DNA of 64,000 nt, from positions 5,376,001-5,440,000 of the forward strand of contig OZ250150.1 of NCBI GenBank assembly GCA_965237675.1. Reading direction: 5' to 3'. Source of the stretch: Candidatus Latescibacterota bacterium (lineage in GTDB: Bacteria; Latescibacterota; UBA2968; GCA-2709665). This document shows, piece by piece, positions 30,920-40,535 of this stretch; position 1 is the first letter of the stretch; each line of letters starts with the position of its first letter. The notes under the pieces are model-generated. The model had not been told where the DNA came from, did not search any database, and saw nothing but the letters and a program-made list of their open reading frames with translations. The position numbers and the translations under genes were made by a program.

Positions 30920-31345
30920 TTATTCTGCCACCCACACCCGTCTCAGCGGGACGTCTGGAGATTGACAGACGCCGCCGTAGATCGTCACGGCGGATATTTT
31001 TTCGTCCCGGATCCGGCACAGGTGTACTTCCGTCGCTTCGAGCCGTTTGCCATACAACGCTTCGGGCAGTCCCGGAAGGGGCTGGTTTACAATGCCTTTG
31101 TGACGAAACTCCACGGCGACCATGTCGCCGTCGGCAATGACGTTGAGAATCTCGAGCCGCAGGTCCCGCTCTTCCTCGTGGCAGCCCCGCCAGAGCGCCA
31201 CCATGTTGTCTCCGCCGCGGATATCCAGTCCTCCGCCAACCATGGTTGCGTCGTCAGCGTAAGTTTCCCGAAGGCGGGTCCAGTCCGAGGCAAAGGCGGC
31301 TTCGAGGGACTCCCGAGCGATACGCGCGCAATTCTTGGATGACAT
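30920..31345 (-). CDS. SnoaL/NTF2-like (ester cyclase) protein
   Basis: YADDA, ILNVIADGDMVAVE, RIRDEKI pattern; start 31345 or 31354. Confidence 0.8.
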   Translation of the reverse strand: MSSKNCARIARESLEAAFASDWTRLRETYADDATMVGGGLDIRGGDNMVALWRGCHEEERDLRLEILNVIADGDMVAVEFRHKGIVNQPLPGLPEALYGKRLEATEVHLCRIRDEKISAVTIYGGVCQSPDVPLRRVWVAE

Positions 31346-31383
31346 CGGGACCACCTCCAGGATTTCGGATCCGGTTTGTATTG

Positions 31384-32172
31384 CTATTCAACGCTGGCGT
31401 CAGTACGGTATTGTACGAGATTTCCCTTGTATTCCAGACCGAGACCTTCACGGGAGCGCGCAACGTTGCAGGTTCTGTCGGCCCCCGGCGTTCCCACGAT
31501 GTGGAAGACGTCGAAATCGATGGTTCGGGATTCCAGGCTGAGGCGACAGGCTTCGGCGAGGTCGTGTCTGCAGACCCAGCCCTGCCGGTAGGGCCGCTCT
31601 TCCGTGCCCAGTTTTTCCTTGTACCGGCCGATACCGAGTCGGCTGTCTACAATGTAGTCCGGCCGGAGCACGATAATGCCGAGACCGAACGCGTCGTGGT
31701 ACTGGCGGCACATTTCTTCCTGAAGGCGTTTTGTGACGCCGTAAAGGCCGCCGTCGGGCCGTCTGACGTCGGCTGAAAAAAAGATGCCTTTGGGATGGGC
31801 GGTCTGACAGGAGCCGATATGCACGATCCTCCTGACGCCGTGCCGCCGTGCGGATTCCAGTACGTTCCAAAGGCCCTTTATGTTGATGAGGAAGGGTTTT
31901 GTGTCGTCTACGCCATGGGCGCCCGGATCGTCCGAGTGGTACACGGCCATGTGCAGAACGGCGTCCATACCCTCCACGGCACGGTGAACGGCTTCAAAGT
32001 CCACGATATCACCGTGTACGATGTCGCCGCCCGTCCATTCACCGTCGGTATCCCGCCACGCACGCCACGCCTTTGGGCCGAAGTCGAAGGCACGGATCCG
32101 ATGGTTGTTCTCCAAAGCGGCCAACGCCGCCCGTCCGAGCCAGCCGGCCGCGCCAAATACAACAATATTCAT
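31384..32172 (-). CDS. NAD(P)-dependent epimerase/dehydrogenase (extended SDR)
   Basis: VFGAAGWLG, GDIVD, catalytic YGVTK. Confidence 0.9.
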   Translation of the reverse strand: MNIVVFGAAGWLGRAALAALENNHRIRAFDFGPKAWRAWRDTDGEWTGGDIVHGDIVDFEAVHRAVEGMDAVLHMAVYHSDDPGAHGVDDTKPFLINIKGLWNVLESARRHGVRRIVHIGSCQTAHPKGIFFSADVRRPDGGLYGVTKRLQEEMCRQYHDAFGLGIIVLRPDYIVDSRLGIGRYKEKLGTEERPYRQGWVCRHDLAEACRLSLESRTIDFDVFHIVGTPGADRTCNVARSREGLGLEYKGNLVQYRTDASVE

Positions 32173-32202
32173 CTTCCGGGTTCCTTATGCGAAGAACCGG
32201 TG

Positions 32203-33609
32203 TCAGGATCTCTCTTTTGCCAGTTCGTACTTTCGGTAGAAATGGCGAAACTGATCGTAGCTCAGACTGAGCGAATCGGCCGCCTTGCGCTGGTTCCAGT
32301 CTGCGCGGTTCAGCGCGCTCCTGAGTAGCCCGAGTTCAAAGCCCTTGACCTGGGCGTCGAAACCGTCTCCCGGTGGCGCCGGAGCCCCGCGGAAGATTTC
32401 GGGCGGCAGATCGCGGGGTTCGATGGATGCGCCCGCGGCCATGCACGCGGCGCGTTCGACGGCGAATTTGAGCTCGCGCACGTTTCCGGGCCACGGGTAC
32501 CTCAACAGGTGGCGGAGGGCGCTTTCCGAAAACGGACGGACCTCGAGTCCCGGCACCTCCCTGACGATCTGTTCAACAAAAAACACGGCAAGCGGCTGGA
32601 TGTCTTCACGCCGTTCACGGAGGGGGGGAATGCGAATAATCTCAAAGCGGAGGCGGTCGTACAGATCCTGACGAAAGCGGCCTTCGCTGATTTCTCGTTC
32701 AAGATCGGCATTCGTGGCGGCGATGATTCGGACGTCCACCAGGGTGGGCGTGGCGCCGCCCACGCGTTGAATTTCCTGGTACTCGATGGCGCGCAGGACG
32801 TTCTGCTGAAATTCCGGTGTGGTGTTGCCGATTTCGTCCAACAATAGTGTACCGCCGTTGGCCGCTTCAAATCGGCCGGGACGGGCTTCCGTGGCTCCGG
32901 TGAATGCGCCTTTTTCGTGGCCAAAGAGTTCACTTTCGAGCAGATTGGCGGAGAGGGCGGCGCAGTTGACTTTAACGAAGGGACGATCTCTCCGTACCCC
33001 GCCGTAATGGACCGCGGCGGCCACGAGTTCCTTCCCGGTGCCGGGTTCGCCGAAAACCAGTACCGGCCGCGGGATGGAGGCAATGCGCTCGGCCTGCCGC
33101 ATAATCCGCAGCATCCGGGGACTGGCGTTGACCGGCCTGTATTTCTTGCCGAATTCGTCCCGATAGAAACGATTCTCCCGGTCCAGATCCTTTACCTGGG
33201 CTTGCAGCCGGACATTCTCCCTGAGGACGGCGAGTACGCGGTCGAGTTTTTCCAGGCTGAGTTCAAGCCGGTCCTCAATATAGAAATCCTTTTCGATAAA
33301 GTCGGAGGCGCCCATGCGCAGGGCGGCAACGGCGTTTTCCACGGTACCCTTGCCCGTGAGGATGATAACCGGCAAATCGGGCGCAAGGTCGCGAATTTGC
33401 CGGAGGATTTTCAGACCGTCCGGCTCGGCCGGGCCAAAGTCGATATCCAGAATGGCCATGTCTACGTCCGAAACGTGCTCTCGCAGGTATGCAAAGGCCT
33501 TCCTTCCCGTCGGAAAGGCCCTCACGACCCGGCCATCCACCTGAAGGCTTCGCTTGAGCATATCGAGGATTTCGGGCTGGTCATCCGCGATGACGATTTG
33601 AGCTCTCAT
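32203..33609 (-). CDS. Sigma54-dependent response regulator (receiver + AAA+ + PspF-like HTH)
   Basis: Receiver ADD...ILDID...K; Walker A GEPGTGKE; GAFTGA; WPGNVREL; C-terminus [23 protein letters not shown]. Confidence 0.93.
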   Translation of the reverse strand: MRAQIVIADDQPEILDMLKRSLQVDGRVVRAFPTGRKAFAYLREHVSDVDMAILDIDFGPAEPDGLKILRQIRDLAPDLPVIILTGKGTVENAVAALRMGASDFIEKDFYIEDRLELSLEKLDRVLAVLRENVRLQAQVKDLDRENRFYRDEFGKKYRPVNASPRMLRIMRQAERIASIPRPVLVFGEPGTGKELVAAAVHYGGVRRDRPFVKVNCAALSANLLESELFGHEKGAFTGATEARPGRFEAANGGTLLLDEIGNTTPEFQQNVLRAIEYQEIQRVGGATPTLVDVRIIAATNADLEREISEGRFRQDLYDRLRFEIIRIPPLRERREDIQPLAVFFVEQIVREVPGLEVRPFSESALRHLLRYPWPGNVRELKFAVERAACMAAGASIEPRDLPPEIFRGAPAPPGDGFDAQVKGFELGLLRSALNRADWNQRKAADSLSLSYDQFRHFYRKYELAKERS

Positions 33610-33612
33610 GGA

Positions 33613-35241
33613 TTACTCGATGAATTCTTCGGCCAGGGGCAGCCGCAAGGCAGAAAGAGGATCGCCGCTCCAGCCGATGGTATCGGTTTCGGAGACGAGT
33701 TCGAAGTCCACCGGAAGGTCGATGCGGAACACGGCGCCGGCGCCCGGACGGCTGATCATGCGCAGGCTTCCCCTGTGGGCGGATACAATGCGTGAACAGA
33801 TGCTGAGGCCGAATCCATTGCCCTTTTCTTTGGTGGAAAACCCGGGATCGAAGATCCTGGCCTGAATCTCTTCGGATATGCCGGGTCCGTTGTCTTCCAC
33901 TTCGATAAATACCGACGCCCGCTTATTGTCATAGCCGGCCTGTACTGTAACCGCGCCATTCTCATCTACTGCGTCCAGGGCGTTGAGAATCAGGTTGGTG
34001 ACGGCTTCACGCAGCATGCCCGGATCGACCGTGACCTGGGGAACCTGCGGTTCAGAAGCGAAGCGAAGCGTTACGCCGCCGGTCTGCGTCGAGACGGTCT
34101 CTTTAATTTTGCCCACGAGTTGCGGAATATCCACAAGAGAGGGATTCAACGGATCCTGTTTCATGCTGCGCAGATAGGCGACCCACTGGTCGTAGATATG
34201 TTCCTGGTCGCGGGCGATGTCTCGGAGGTCGTCGAGATGGGTGTTTTCCCGGGGGGCGCTTCGAATGAGCCGGCGCGTACGGCTCCCGACCAGACCCATC
34301 AGGTTTTTGATCTGGTGACCCCGCGTATATAGGCTCTCTCCCACCTGCACGCGTCCCAGGTCGATGAGTTCAAGGGACAGGCGCGCCAGGACCGAGGCGG
34401 CCTGTCCGCCGAATTCTTCGATGATGGACGTATATTCCTGTTCCATCTGGGCCGAACTACTGTGGTCAAAAAGAAGATGTGCCAGGTTTCTGTAGGGCAG
34501 CGCGTAGTCCGGCTCGAGCTGAATGGCAATTTTGAATGCGCCCAGCGCCTGAAGGGTCTGACCGGTCTGCATGAGCAGAACGCCAAGGTTGTTGTGGCCC
34601 GGGGCGAACAGCGGATTTGCTTCCAATCCGCGGCGGTACACCCAGACGGCTTCATCGATGTTTTCCGGAAGGTCGTCCAGAAAGCTGGCAAGCAAGAAGC
34701 AGGTACCGTCGACATTGGTGAATGGCACGCCCCGGTCCACGGCCTGGAGAATATAGCGAAGCGCTTCAACCGCCTGTTGCCGACCTTTCGATCCCGTGCC
34801 CGCGCCTTCGGCCTGCAAGAGCGCCAACTGAAATCGCGCCTCCAGATGGTCGGGATTACGGACAGTGGCGGCTTCAAAAGCGTCTAAAGCTCCCTTGTCG
34901 CCCCCTTTCAACCGGCAGAGGCCTATCTTGAAATGCAAGTCCGCACCGTGATTCGCCGTAAGACAGAGGCAGCGCCTAAAGCCGGCTAGCGCGTCCCGCC
35001 AATTGCCCTGCCTGTAGTAGACAACACCCAGGTTGTGCCGCGCTCGAACACTCTCCGCATCGGCGGACAATGCCAACCGGTAGGCGGCCTCGGCCCTAGG
35101 CAGGTCGCCGGTTTCCATCGCGTTGTCGCCGTCGCGGCAAAGCCGCCGAGCCTCGGCATTTTCAGATTCCGGCAGCGTCTGTGCGATGCCGATACGGTCG
35201 GCCGGGGTCGACGCTTTGTCGGGTCTTTGAGGCGGGTTCAA
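33613..35241 (-). CDS. Soluble TPR-repeat sensor histidine kinase
   Basis: TPRs (HNLGVVYYRQG, HNNLGVLLMQTG), H-box GHQIKN, N-box NLILNALDA, DNGPGI, FDPGFSTK, GFGL; no transmembrane segment evident. Confidence 0.9.
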   Translation of the reverse strand: MNPPQRPDKASTPADRIGIAQTLPESENAEARRLCRDGDNAMETGDLPRAEAAYRLALSADAESVRARHNLGVVYYRQGNWRDALAGFRRCLCLTANHGADLHFKIGLCRLKGGDKGALDAFEAATVRNPDHLEARFQLALLQAEGAGTGSKGRQQAVEALRYILQAVDRGVPFTNVDGTCFLLASFLDDLPENIDEAVWVYRRGLEANPLFAPGHNNLGVLLMQTGQTLQALGAFKIAIQLEPDYALPYRNLAHLLFDHSSSAQMEQEYTSIIEEFGGQAASVLARLSLELIDLGRVQVGESLYTRGHQIKNLMGLVGSRTRRLIRSAPRENTHLDDLRDIARDQEHIYDQWVAYLRSMKQDPLNPSLVDIPQLVGKIKETVSTQTGGVTLRFASEPQVPQVTVDPGMLREAVTNLILNALDAVDENGAVTVQAGYDNKRASVFIEVEDNGPGISEEIQARIFDPGFSTKEKGNGFGLSICSRIVSAHRGSLRMISRPGAGAVFRIDLPVDFELVSETDTIGWSGDPLSALRLPLAEEFIE

Positions 35242-35266
35242 TCGGTGACTCCTGGATGAAGCGCGA

Positions 35267-36781
35267 CTATTCCGAAGGTGTCTCCGTTTTGTCTAACGTG
35301 TCGGCGGACGGATTGGTCTCGCCTGTCATTCTGCCCAGAAACTCCGGCAGTTCCAGACCTGCCAATTTGGCCAATTCGTGCATAGGTGGAATGGCCCCCA
35401 TCAGGCGCTGGCCGAGATTGGACATCCCGCCCTGTCCATTACCAGCGTCCCAGACCACGATCTTCTCCAGGGGCAGATTCCGGATGGCTTCAGCCTGGAT
35501 ACCTGCGACCTCCGTCAGGCGCTCCACGATGAGGAAGGCGGCGGCGGCCTGGTCCTTTCCTCCGCATGCGGCCACCAACTCCCTGTAGCCTTCGGCCTTG
35601 GCATCCAGAATGGCTTGAGTGCCCTCGGCTTCGGCTCGCCTATGCGCCAGTATGGCGGCGGCTTCCCCTTGGGCCACAAGTGTCTTCTGCGCTTTCTCGG
35701 CTTCGGCCTGTATAACGAGTTTCTGTTTCTGCGCATCGGCCTGAACGACGATTTCGGCTTTCAGGCGAGCCTCTTCGCGCATGGCACGTGCTTCCTCGGC
35801 CTCTTTTTCAGCCCTTTCCTGGGCGACCCGGATGGCGCCGTCAGCGGCCTTCGCTGCCTCCTGCCCCTTTTGCCGGGCAATCTCCTCCGCCACGGTCTGC
35901 TGGGCCATATAGCCGGCTTTCTTGGATTCGGCCCCCGCCTCTGCCTGGACGGCTTCGGCATCCAGCGAGGAAACCTGCTGGCGCTTGTTCCGGGTGGCCT
36001 CGGCCTCGCCGATTTCGGCTTCGGATTCGAGAGCGGCAACCCTTTGGCGCCGGTCCCTGGCGGCTCCGGCCTCGCCGATTTCGGCGGCCGCGTTCGCAGC
36101 AGCCACGTCCGTGCGCTGGTCCCGTTCCCGTTCGGCCACCCCCACCTTGCCCGTTTTCTCCTGCTCGGCCACGTCGATGGTCGCCTGGTTGATGGCTTCG
36201 GCCGCAGCCTTTTGCCCGAGAGCCTTGATATAACCGCTTTCGTCTTCAATATCCTTGATGTTCACGTTAATCACGGCCAGGCCGATTTTCTCCATTTCGG
36301 TGGAGACTGCTTCATTAACCTTGAACATAAAAGCCTGCCGGTCCCGGTTGATTTCTTCGATTTCCATAGTGGCTATCACCGCCCGCATCTGACCGAGGAT
36401 GATGTCCTGCGCCTGGCTCTCGATCTGTTCGCGTGAAAGACCCAGGAGACGAACTGCCGCATTTTGCATCACGCCCGCCTGATTTGAGACCGCCGCGGTG
36501 ACGGTTGTCGGAACGGACACACGGATGTTCTCCTGGGAAAGGGCGTTGTCCAGGTCTATGGGAACGACAAACGGCTCCAGGTCCAGATACTCATAGTCCT
36601 GAAGGAGCGGAAGAACGAAGGCAGCGCCCCCGTGAATGCATTTCGCCGCCCCCTGTCCGGTCTTGCCGTAGACGACCAGTATTTTGTTGGATGGACACCG
36701 CCTGTACCTGGAAATAAACGTCACGAAGAGCAGAAATACGACTAACAGCATTACAATTGTCAGTATCGTCTCAGTTGCCAT
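35267..36781 (-). CDS. Flotillin-like SPFH domain protein
   Basis: N-terminal TM, SRYRRCPSNKILVVYGK, NIKDIEDESGYIKALG, long Ala/Glu coiled coil. Confidence 0.95.
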   Translation of the reverse strand: MATETILTIVMLLVVFLLFVTFISRYRRCPSNKILVVYGKTGQGAAKCIHGGAAFVLPLLQDYEYLDLEPFVVPIDLDNALSQENIRVSVPTTVTAAVSNQAGVMQNAAVRLLGLSREQIESQAQDIILGQMRAVIATMEIEEINRDRQAFMFKVNEAVSTEMEKIGLAVINVNIKDIEDESGYIKALGQKAAAEAINQATIDVAEQEKTGKVGVAERERDQRTDVAAANAAAEIGEAGAARDRRQRVAALESEAEIGEAEATRNKRQQVSSLDAEAVQAEAGAESKKAGYMAQQTVAEEIARQKGQEAAKAADGAIRVAQERAEKEAEEARAMREEARLKAEIVVQADAQKQKLVIQAEAEKAQKTLVAQGEAAAILAHRRAEAEGTQAILDAKAEGYRELVAACGGKDQAAAAFLIVERLTEVAGIQAEAIRNLPLEKIVVWDAGNGQGGMSNLGQRLMGAIPPMHELAKLAGLELPEFLGRMTGETNPSADTLDKTETPSE

Positions 36782-36934
36782 TGCAATCCCTCCTCAATTG
36801 GATATTACACCTTTGATTGAGATTCCATCCCGGAGCGAGTCCCGTGCGGGTTGAAATCCCTTCCTGTCTCATTCATCGGCACAATCAGACAATCAGGAAA
36901 TACAGGAAACATAGACATTTAAAACAAAATCCAC

Positions 36935-37555
36935 TCAGGACACCAACGGCACGGCCTCAAGCGTGGTTGGATCGAGCACACGTAGAATGCGGACCGGCGT
37001 ATTGGTCGAGATGGGCATGCCATTTTTTCCGCGGGCAGATACGTAGGCGACCGCGCCGCTCTCCATCACCCGGACTTGTCCGGTGCCGCCTTCCGGGATA
37101 TCCAGATATACCTCGCCCGACGTTCCTACGCATGTGTCCAGGCTGGCGTTTCCAGTCTCGCTAAGCTGCCGGATTCCCTGGAAAAAATAGGCCACGACCG
37201 CCATGCCTGCGCTGCCCCAGACAAGCGCGTAAAGTAGGGCGGTCTGAATATCCAACCCTCTCTCGAGATACAGGGCGCCCGCCCACCCGAACAGCGTGCC
37301 AAAGGCGATCAGTGACCTGACGGATAGCAGTTTGAATGAAGCAACCGGACCGTTTTCCAGTCCGTCGTTAAGTTCCGGGCCGGCGTCGCCGAGGTTTGTA
37401 TCTCCAGAAACGCCTGCATCCGAACCGTCTCCAAGACCAAGTAGAACCACCAGGAGTTGCCAGACGAAAAACGCACTGAAAAAAATTGCCACGATGTAGA
37501 AAATCTGGTTGAGCGTGGTCAGATCCGTCCACCAGGCATCCATATCTGGCTCCAT
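36935..37555 (-). CDS. NfeD-like membrane protein (flotillin partner)
   Basis: Three TM segments then OB-fold VGTSGEVYLDIPEGGTGQVRV; directly upstream of the flotillin gene. Confidence 0.88.
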   Translation of the reverse strand: MEPDMDAWWTDLTTLNQIFYIVAIFFSAFFVWQLLVVLLGLGDGSDAGVSGDTNLGDAGPELNDGLENGPVASFKLLSVRSLIAFGTLFGWAGALYLERGLDIQTALLYALVWGSAGMAVVAYFFQGIRQLSETGNASLDTCVGTSGEVYLDIPEGGTGQVRVMESGAVAYVSARGKNGMPISTNTPVRILRVLDPTTLEAVPLVS

Positions 37556-37816
37556 TCTGCGGGTCTGTTTGATTTTGCACGTACCACACGGCAAGTGGGA
37601 AAAAGGCAGGCCATGCCTGGCATGCGCGCCGCGCTGCGAAATGTGATATAGAATATTCTCTGCGTCAACACAAAATCGCGATGGCTTTCGCCAATGATGG
37701 TGGGCGCCGGGTCGTTCCTTGCCTGCGAAATCCCCCGCAAGTCCGGCGCGAGTTCAAGCGCCGATCCCCGTCCCGGCCCTGAAATCTGCGCGTCGGGGAC
37801 GCCGCGGCACCCGGTC

Positions 37817-38392
37817 TCAGAAGGGGACCAACCCCCGTTTTCTGAATTCGCCCTTCAATTGGTATCTTCCGCGGTTGAGCCAGGTCTTGACCGTACCCAT
37901 CGGAAGCTGCAACTCCCGGGTAATCTCCTCGTATGTCCAGTCCCGGACGTAACGCATCCAGACGACTTTTCGATATCTGGCCGGCAATGCGCGAATACTC
38001 TTCCTGACGAGTTCGCGGTGCTGGTTTCGCTGGACGGATATTTCCGGATTTTCACCCGGTGCGGGCAGGCGTGTGGAATCGGCAAGGGCCGCGGGATCCT
38101 CCGTTTCCTGAATCCATTTCCGTCGTACCTGCTGTTTGCGAAAATGAGATCTATGAACGTTAAGCGCAATTTGGGTAAGCCACGTGGTAAAGGCGGCCTC
38201 TCCGCGGTAGGAGCCCAGGGCCATATACGCCCGCAAAAAGGCGGTTTGCACAAGGTCCTGCGCGGTCTCCGGATCGCTTGTCCTTCGCACCATCGTCGCG
38301 TAGATCTGTTCATGGCAGGCCTTGTAGAGAACGCCGAAGGCAGCCGCGTCGCCTTCGATTGCCTTCCGGACCAGATGCCGTTCGTTTTCCAT
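37817..38392 (-). CDS. ECF RNA polymerase sigma factor
   Basis: Region 2 AQDLVQTAFLRAY...FTTWLTQIALN; region 4 TYEEITRELQLPMGTVKTWLNRGR. Confidence 0.95.
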   Translation of the reverse strand: MENERHLVRKAIEGDAAAFGVLYKACHEQIYATMVRRTSDPETAQDLVQTAFLRAYMALGSYRGEAAFTTWLTQIALNVHRSHFRKQQVRRKWIQETEDPAALADSTRLPAPGENPEISVQRNQHRELVRKSIRALPARYRKVVWMRYVRDWTYEEITRELQLPMGTVKTWLNRGRYQLKGEFRKRGLVPF

Positions 38393-38423
38393 TAACGGGA
38401 TATCCTCTCCAAAGGATGGTCGA

Positions 38424-38600
38424 TTACCTGGAGTCACTCGCAAGCAGCCGATAGCCCACGTAAATCAGGACGACCGAAACCAGCAGTTTCAGGAGTAAAA
38501 ACAGGACTTCCAGGGACACGCCGATCAACTTGATCGCTTCGAAAATACCGAAGTATGCGCCGATGGCAATGAGTATGATACCAAGGATCTTCGCGAGCAT
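38424..38600 (-). CDS. Small two-TM membrane protein
   Basis: 58 aa MLAKILGIILIAIGAYFG...LIYVGYRLL with SD AAAGGA. Confidence 0.75.
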   Translation of the reverse strand: MLAKILGIILIAIGAYFGIFEAIKLIGVSLEVLFLLLKLLVSVVLIYVGYRLLASDSR

Positions 38601-38787
38601 GGGTCTGTCCTTTCTATCTTCCAGGTGTTGTATTCGATGAAGGTCCCTGTCCGGATTCGAACGTGAGATTCGAGAGAGACCCAGAGACCTCATTAACGCT
38701 GGATTGCGCCGGCGTTAGCCGGTCCCAATGCTGATCAGCCTGCGACTTTGTTTCCCTTCAACCGGTTCAGCCTGTCGTCAATGGATA

Positions 38788-39003
38788 TCACGACGCCCCT
38801 ACCGTGCCCTGGCGATTCAGCTTTTCGTCGATGGCGATCATGACTTCCTGAATATCCGTGAGACGCCGGTCGAGGTCGTCCAGTCGTGCGTTCAGACGCT
38901 CTTCGGCTTTGCCGGGAACGGATCCCTTTGTCCGCCGATCTACAGATTTCAGGACCGCCCATGCCAGGATAATGAGTGCGATTGTAATACCGACTTCAAA
39001 CAT
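38788..39003 (-). CDS. Small TM + coiled-coil protein, PspB-like
   Basis: 71 aa; N-terminal TM then RLDDLDRRLTDIQEVM; SD GGGAGG; pspA context. Confidence 0.65.
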   Translation of the reverse strand: MFEVGITIALIILAWAVLKSVDRRTKGSVPGKAEERLNARLDDLDRRLTDIQEVMIAIDEKLNRQGTVGAS

Positions 39004-39029
39004 GACATCCCTCCCGCAAGTCTCAAGAA

Positions 39030-39671
39030 TCAGAGTTCATCCACCGGCTTGGCCCGGTACTTTTCGTCATAGCGTTCAATTTCAGGAAAGTGATAGACGA
39101 CAAGGCCGGATTCGGAAACGCGCACTTCGGCACTGCCGGCGGCGGCCAATGCGCCCAGGATCTCGTCCGCTTTTTCGACCGTCATTCTGCCGTCGGCAGC
39201 GGCCTCCAGAACCGTGAGGCTTCCGCCCTTTTCGCGTGCGAGTCGCAGCAGACGATGTTGATATTGCGCGTACCGCTTACGTTCCGCCGATTGGTGGACC
39301 ATGCGTCCGGCCAGCCAGAAGACCAGCGCGGTGGCAACAAGGGCAAGGCCGATGCTGAAACGGAGCGGGTTCAGGCTGAAGCCGGACGGTTGGAAACCGG
39401 AAAAAACGGGGGCGATCAGGCCGGCGAATCCCCAGAAAATTGCTGTCGCTTTCAGAAAGTATGCGAGGGCGTATCGCATGGCGCAACTCCCGTCAGTGGC
39501 CAGATCGGAGATTCGGATTGGCGTGCGGCGCGGTCGCGTGTCCGGAATCGTGTACGGTCGTTGCCAGGTGGATCGAGCTGGCCGGACAACGCGCCAGGCC
39601 GCTTTTGTGTCACGCAGGGCTTTCTCACATTCGTACGCGACGACGTCCAGGATTTTTCGGAATTCACGCAT
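39030..39671 (-). CDS. pspA-coupled membrane protein (two TM + winged-helix-like C-terminus)
   Basis: Start overlaps the pspA stop; two hydrophobic segments; LLRLAREKGGSLTVLEAA...VSESGLVVYHFPE. Confidence 0.75.
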   Translation of the reverse strand: MREFRKILDVVAYECEKALRDTKAAWRVVRPARSTWQRPYTIPDTRPRRTPIRISDLATDGSCAMRYALAYFLKATAIFWGFAGLIAPVFSGFQPSGFSLNPLRFSIGLALVATALVFWLAGRMVHQSAERKRYAQYQHRLLRLAREKGGSLTVLEAAADGRMTVEKADEILGALAAAGSAEVRVSESGLVVYHFPEIERYDEKYRAKPVDEL

Positions 39672-40341
39672 CGGATTTTCGTAGTTTGTTCTTCAGAGCC
39701 TCAAGTTCCTCTTCCACGGAGTTCCGGCGTTCCAGCTTTTGGAACGAGTCTTCGAGCGAGGGGTCCTCACCTGCTATTTCAGCGTGGGCGTGGGCCTCCG
39801 CTTCTTCGTTTTCTACCCTGCTGCGAAAGCGTTCGAAGCTGGAAAACGCGTCATCGCCGATGCCCGACAGGCCCTGGGCGATCTGCTTTCGCGCCTGGGC
39901 GGCCCGGCGCCGCGCGATGAGGGCGCCCTGGCTTGTGCGTGCTTCATCCAGTTTGGATTTGAGCTGCATCAGCTGTTTCTTGAGTTGGTCGGAGGTCTTG
40001 TGGCTTTCGTCGAAGGCGACTTCCAGGTCCCGGGCGGCTTTCTCGAGGGCGGCCTTTCGTTCCAGCGCGCGCCGGGCGAGGTCGTCTTCCCCGGTTTCCA
40101 CGGCCAGTTCGGCCTTTTTCTGCCAGGCCGCGATCTGGCCCGTCTTTTCCAGAAACTGACGTTCCAGGCGTTTTTCGTTGGCAACGGCGGTCCCGACGGA
40201 TGCAGTCGCTTTGTTGACGGCCTCTTCCATTTCGAGAATCATCTGCCGGATCATCTTTTCCGGATCTTCGGCGCGATTTAACAGATCGTTGATGTTGGCC
40301 TTGATAATGTCCGCCATTCTGGAAAAAATCCCTTTGGCCAT
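39664..40341 (-). CDS. pspA: Phage shock protein A (PspA/IM30)
   Basis: GIFSRMADIIKANINDLLNRAEDPEKMIRQMILEMEE, GEDDLARRALERK, VEEELEALKNKL; SD GAGGAG. Confidence 0.95.
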   Translation of the reverse strand: MAKGIFSRMADIIKANINDLLNRAEDPEKMIRQMILEMEEAVNKATASVGTAVANEKRLERQFLEKTGQIAAWQKKAELAVETGEDDLARRALERKAALEKAARDLEVAFDESHKTSDQLKKQLMQLKSKLDEARTSQGALIARRRAAQARKQIAQGLSGIGDDAFSSFERFRSRVENEEAEAHAHAEIAGEDPSLEDSFQKLERRNSVEEELEALKNKLRKSDA

Positions 40342-40432
40342 GGTCGTGCTCCTCGTTACGGTGGGCATCTGAATCCAGCAGGGTGGAAAATTCCTTTTTC
40401 GTTTCTTATCCACGGTTCTGCCGATTTTAGAA

Positions 40433-40449
40433 CGCAAGGACCGTACCGG
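40433..40449 (-). promoter_or_regulatory. Sigma54 (-24/-12) promoter of pspA
   Basis: Minus strand CCGGTACGGTCCTTGCG = GG-N10-GC with TTGC, about 90 nt upstream of pspA. Confidence 0.7.
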
Positions 40450-40462
40450 TATGACAAGAAAA

Positions 40463-40475
40463 AATCACGTTGTTA
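40463..40475 (+). promoter_or_regulatory. IHF-like binding site
   Basis: AATCACGTTGTTA versus consensus WATCAANNNNTTR (one mismatch), lying between the sigma54 promoter and the candidate enhancer. Confidence 0.4.
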
Positions 40476-40535
40476 ATAAGTGTCGGTATTTACTCATTTT
40501 ATCCTGACCACAGATACGGGGTTGTCAATGGCTAT

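Noticed and set aside
36880-36915. Short tandem repeats ACAATCAG x2 and CAGGAAA x2 between nfeD and flotillin
   Set aside because: Too short and too few to assign a function.
37617-37633. TGGCAT-N5-CCGC sigma54-like motif
   Set aside because: Poor -12 element and on the plus strand, pointing away from nfeD.
38650-38668. GTTCGAATCC T-loop-like motif on the minus strand
   Set aside because: No T-stem pairing or cloverleaf, so not a tRNA.
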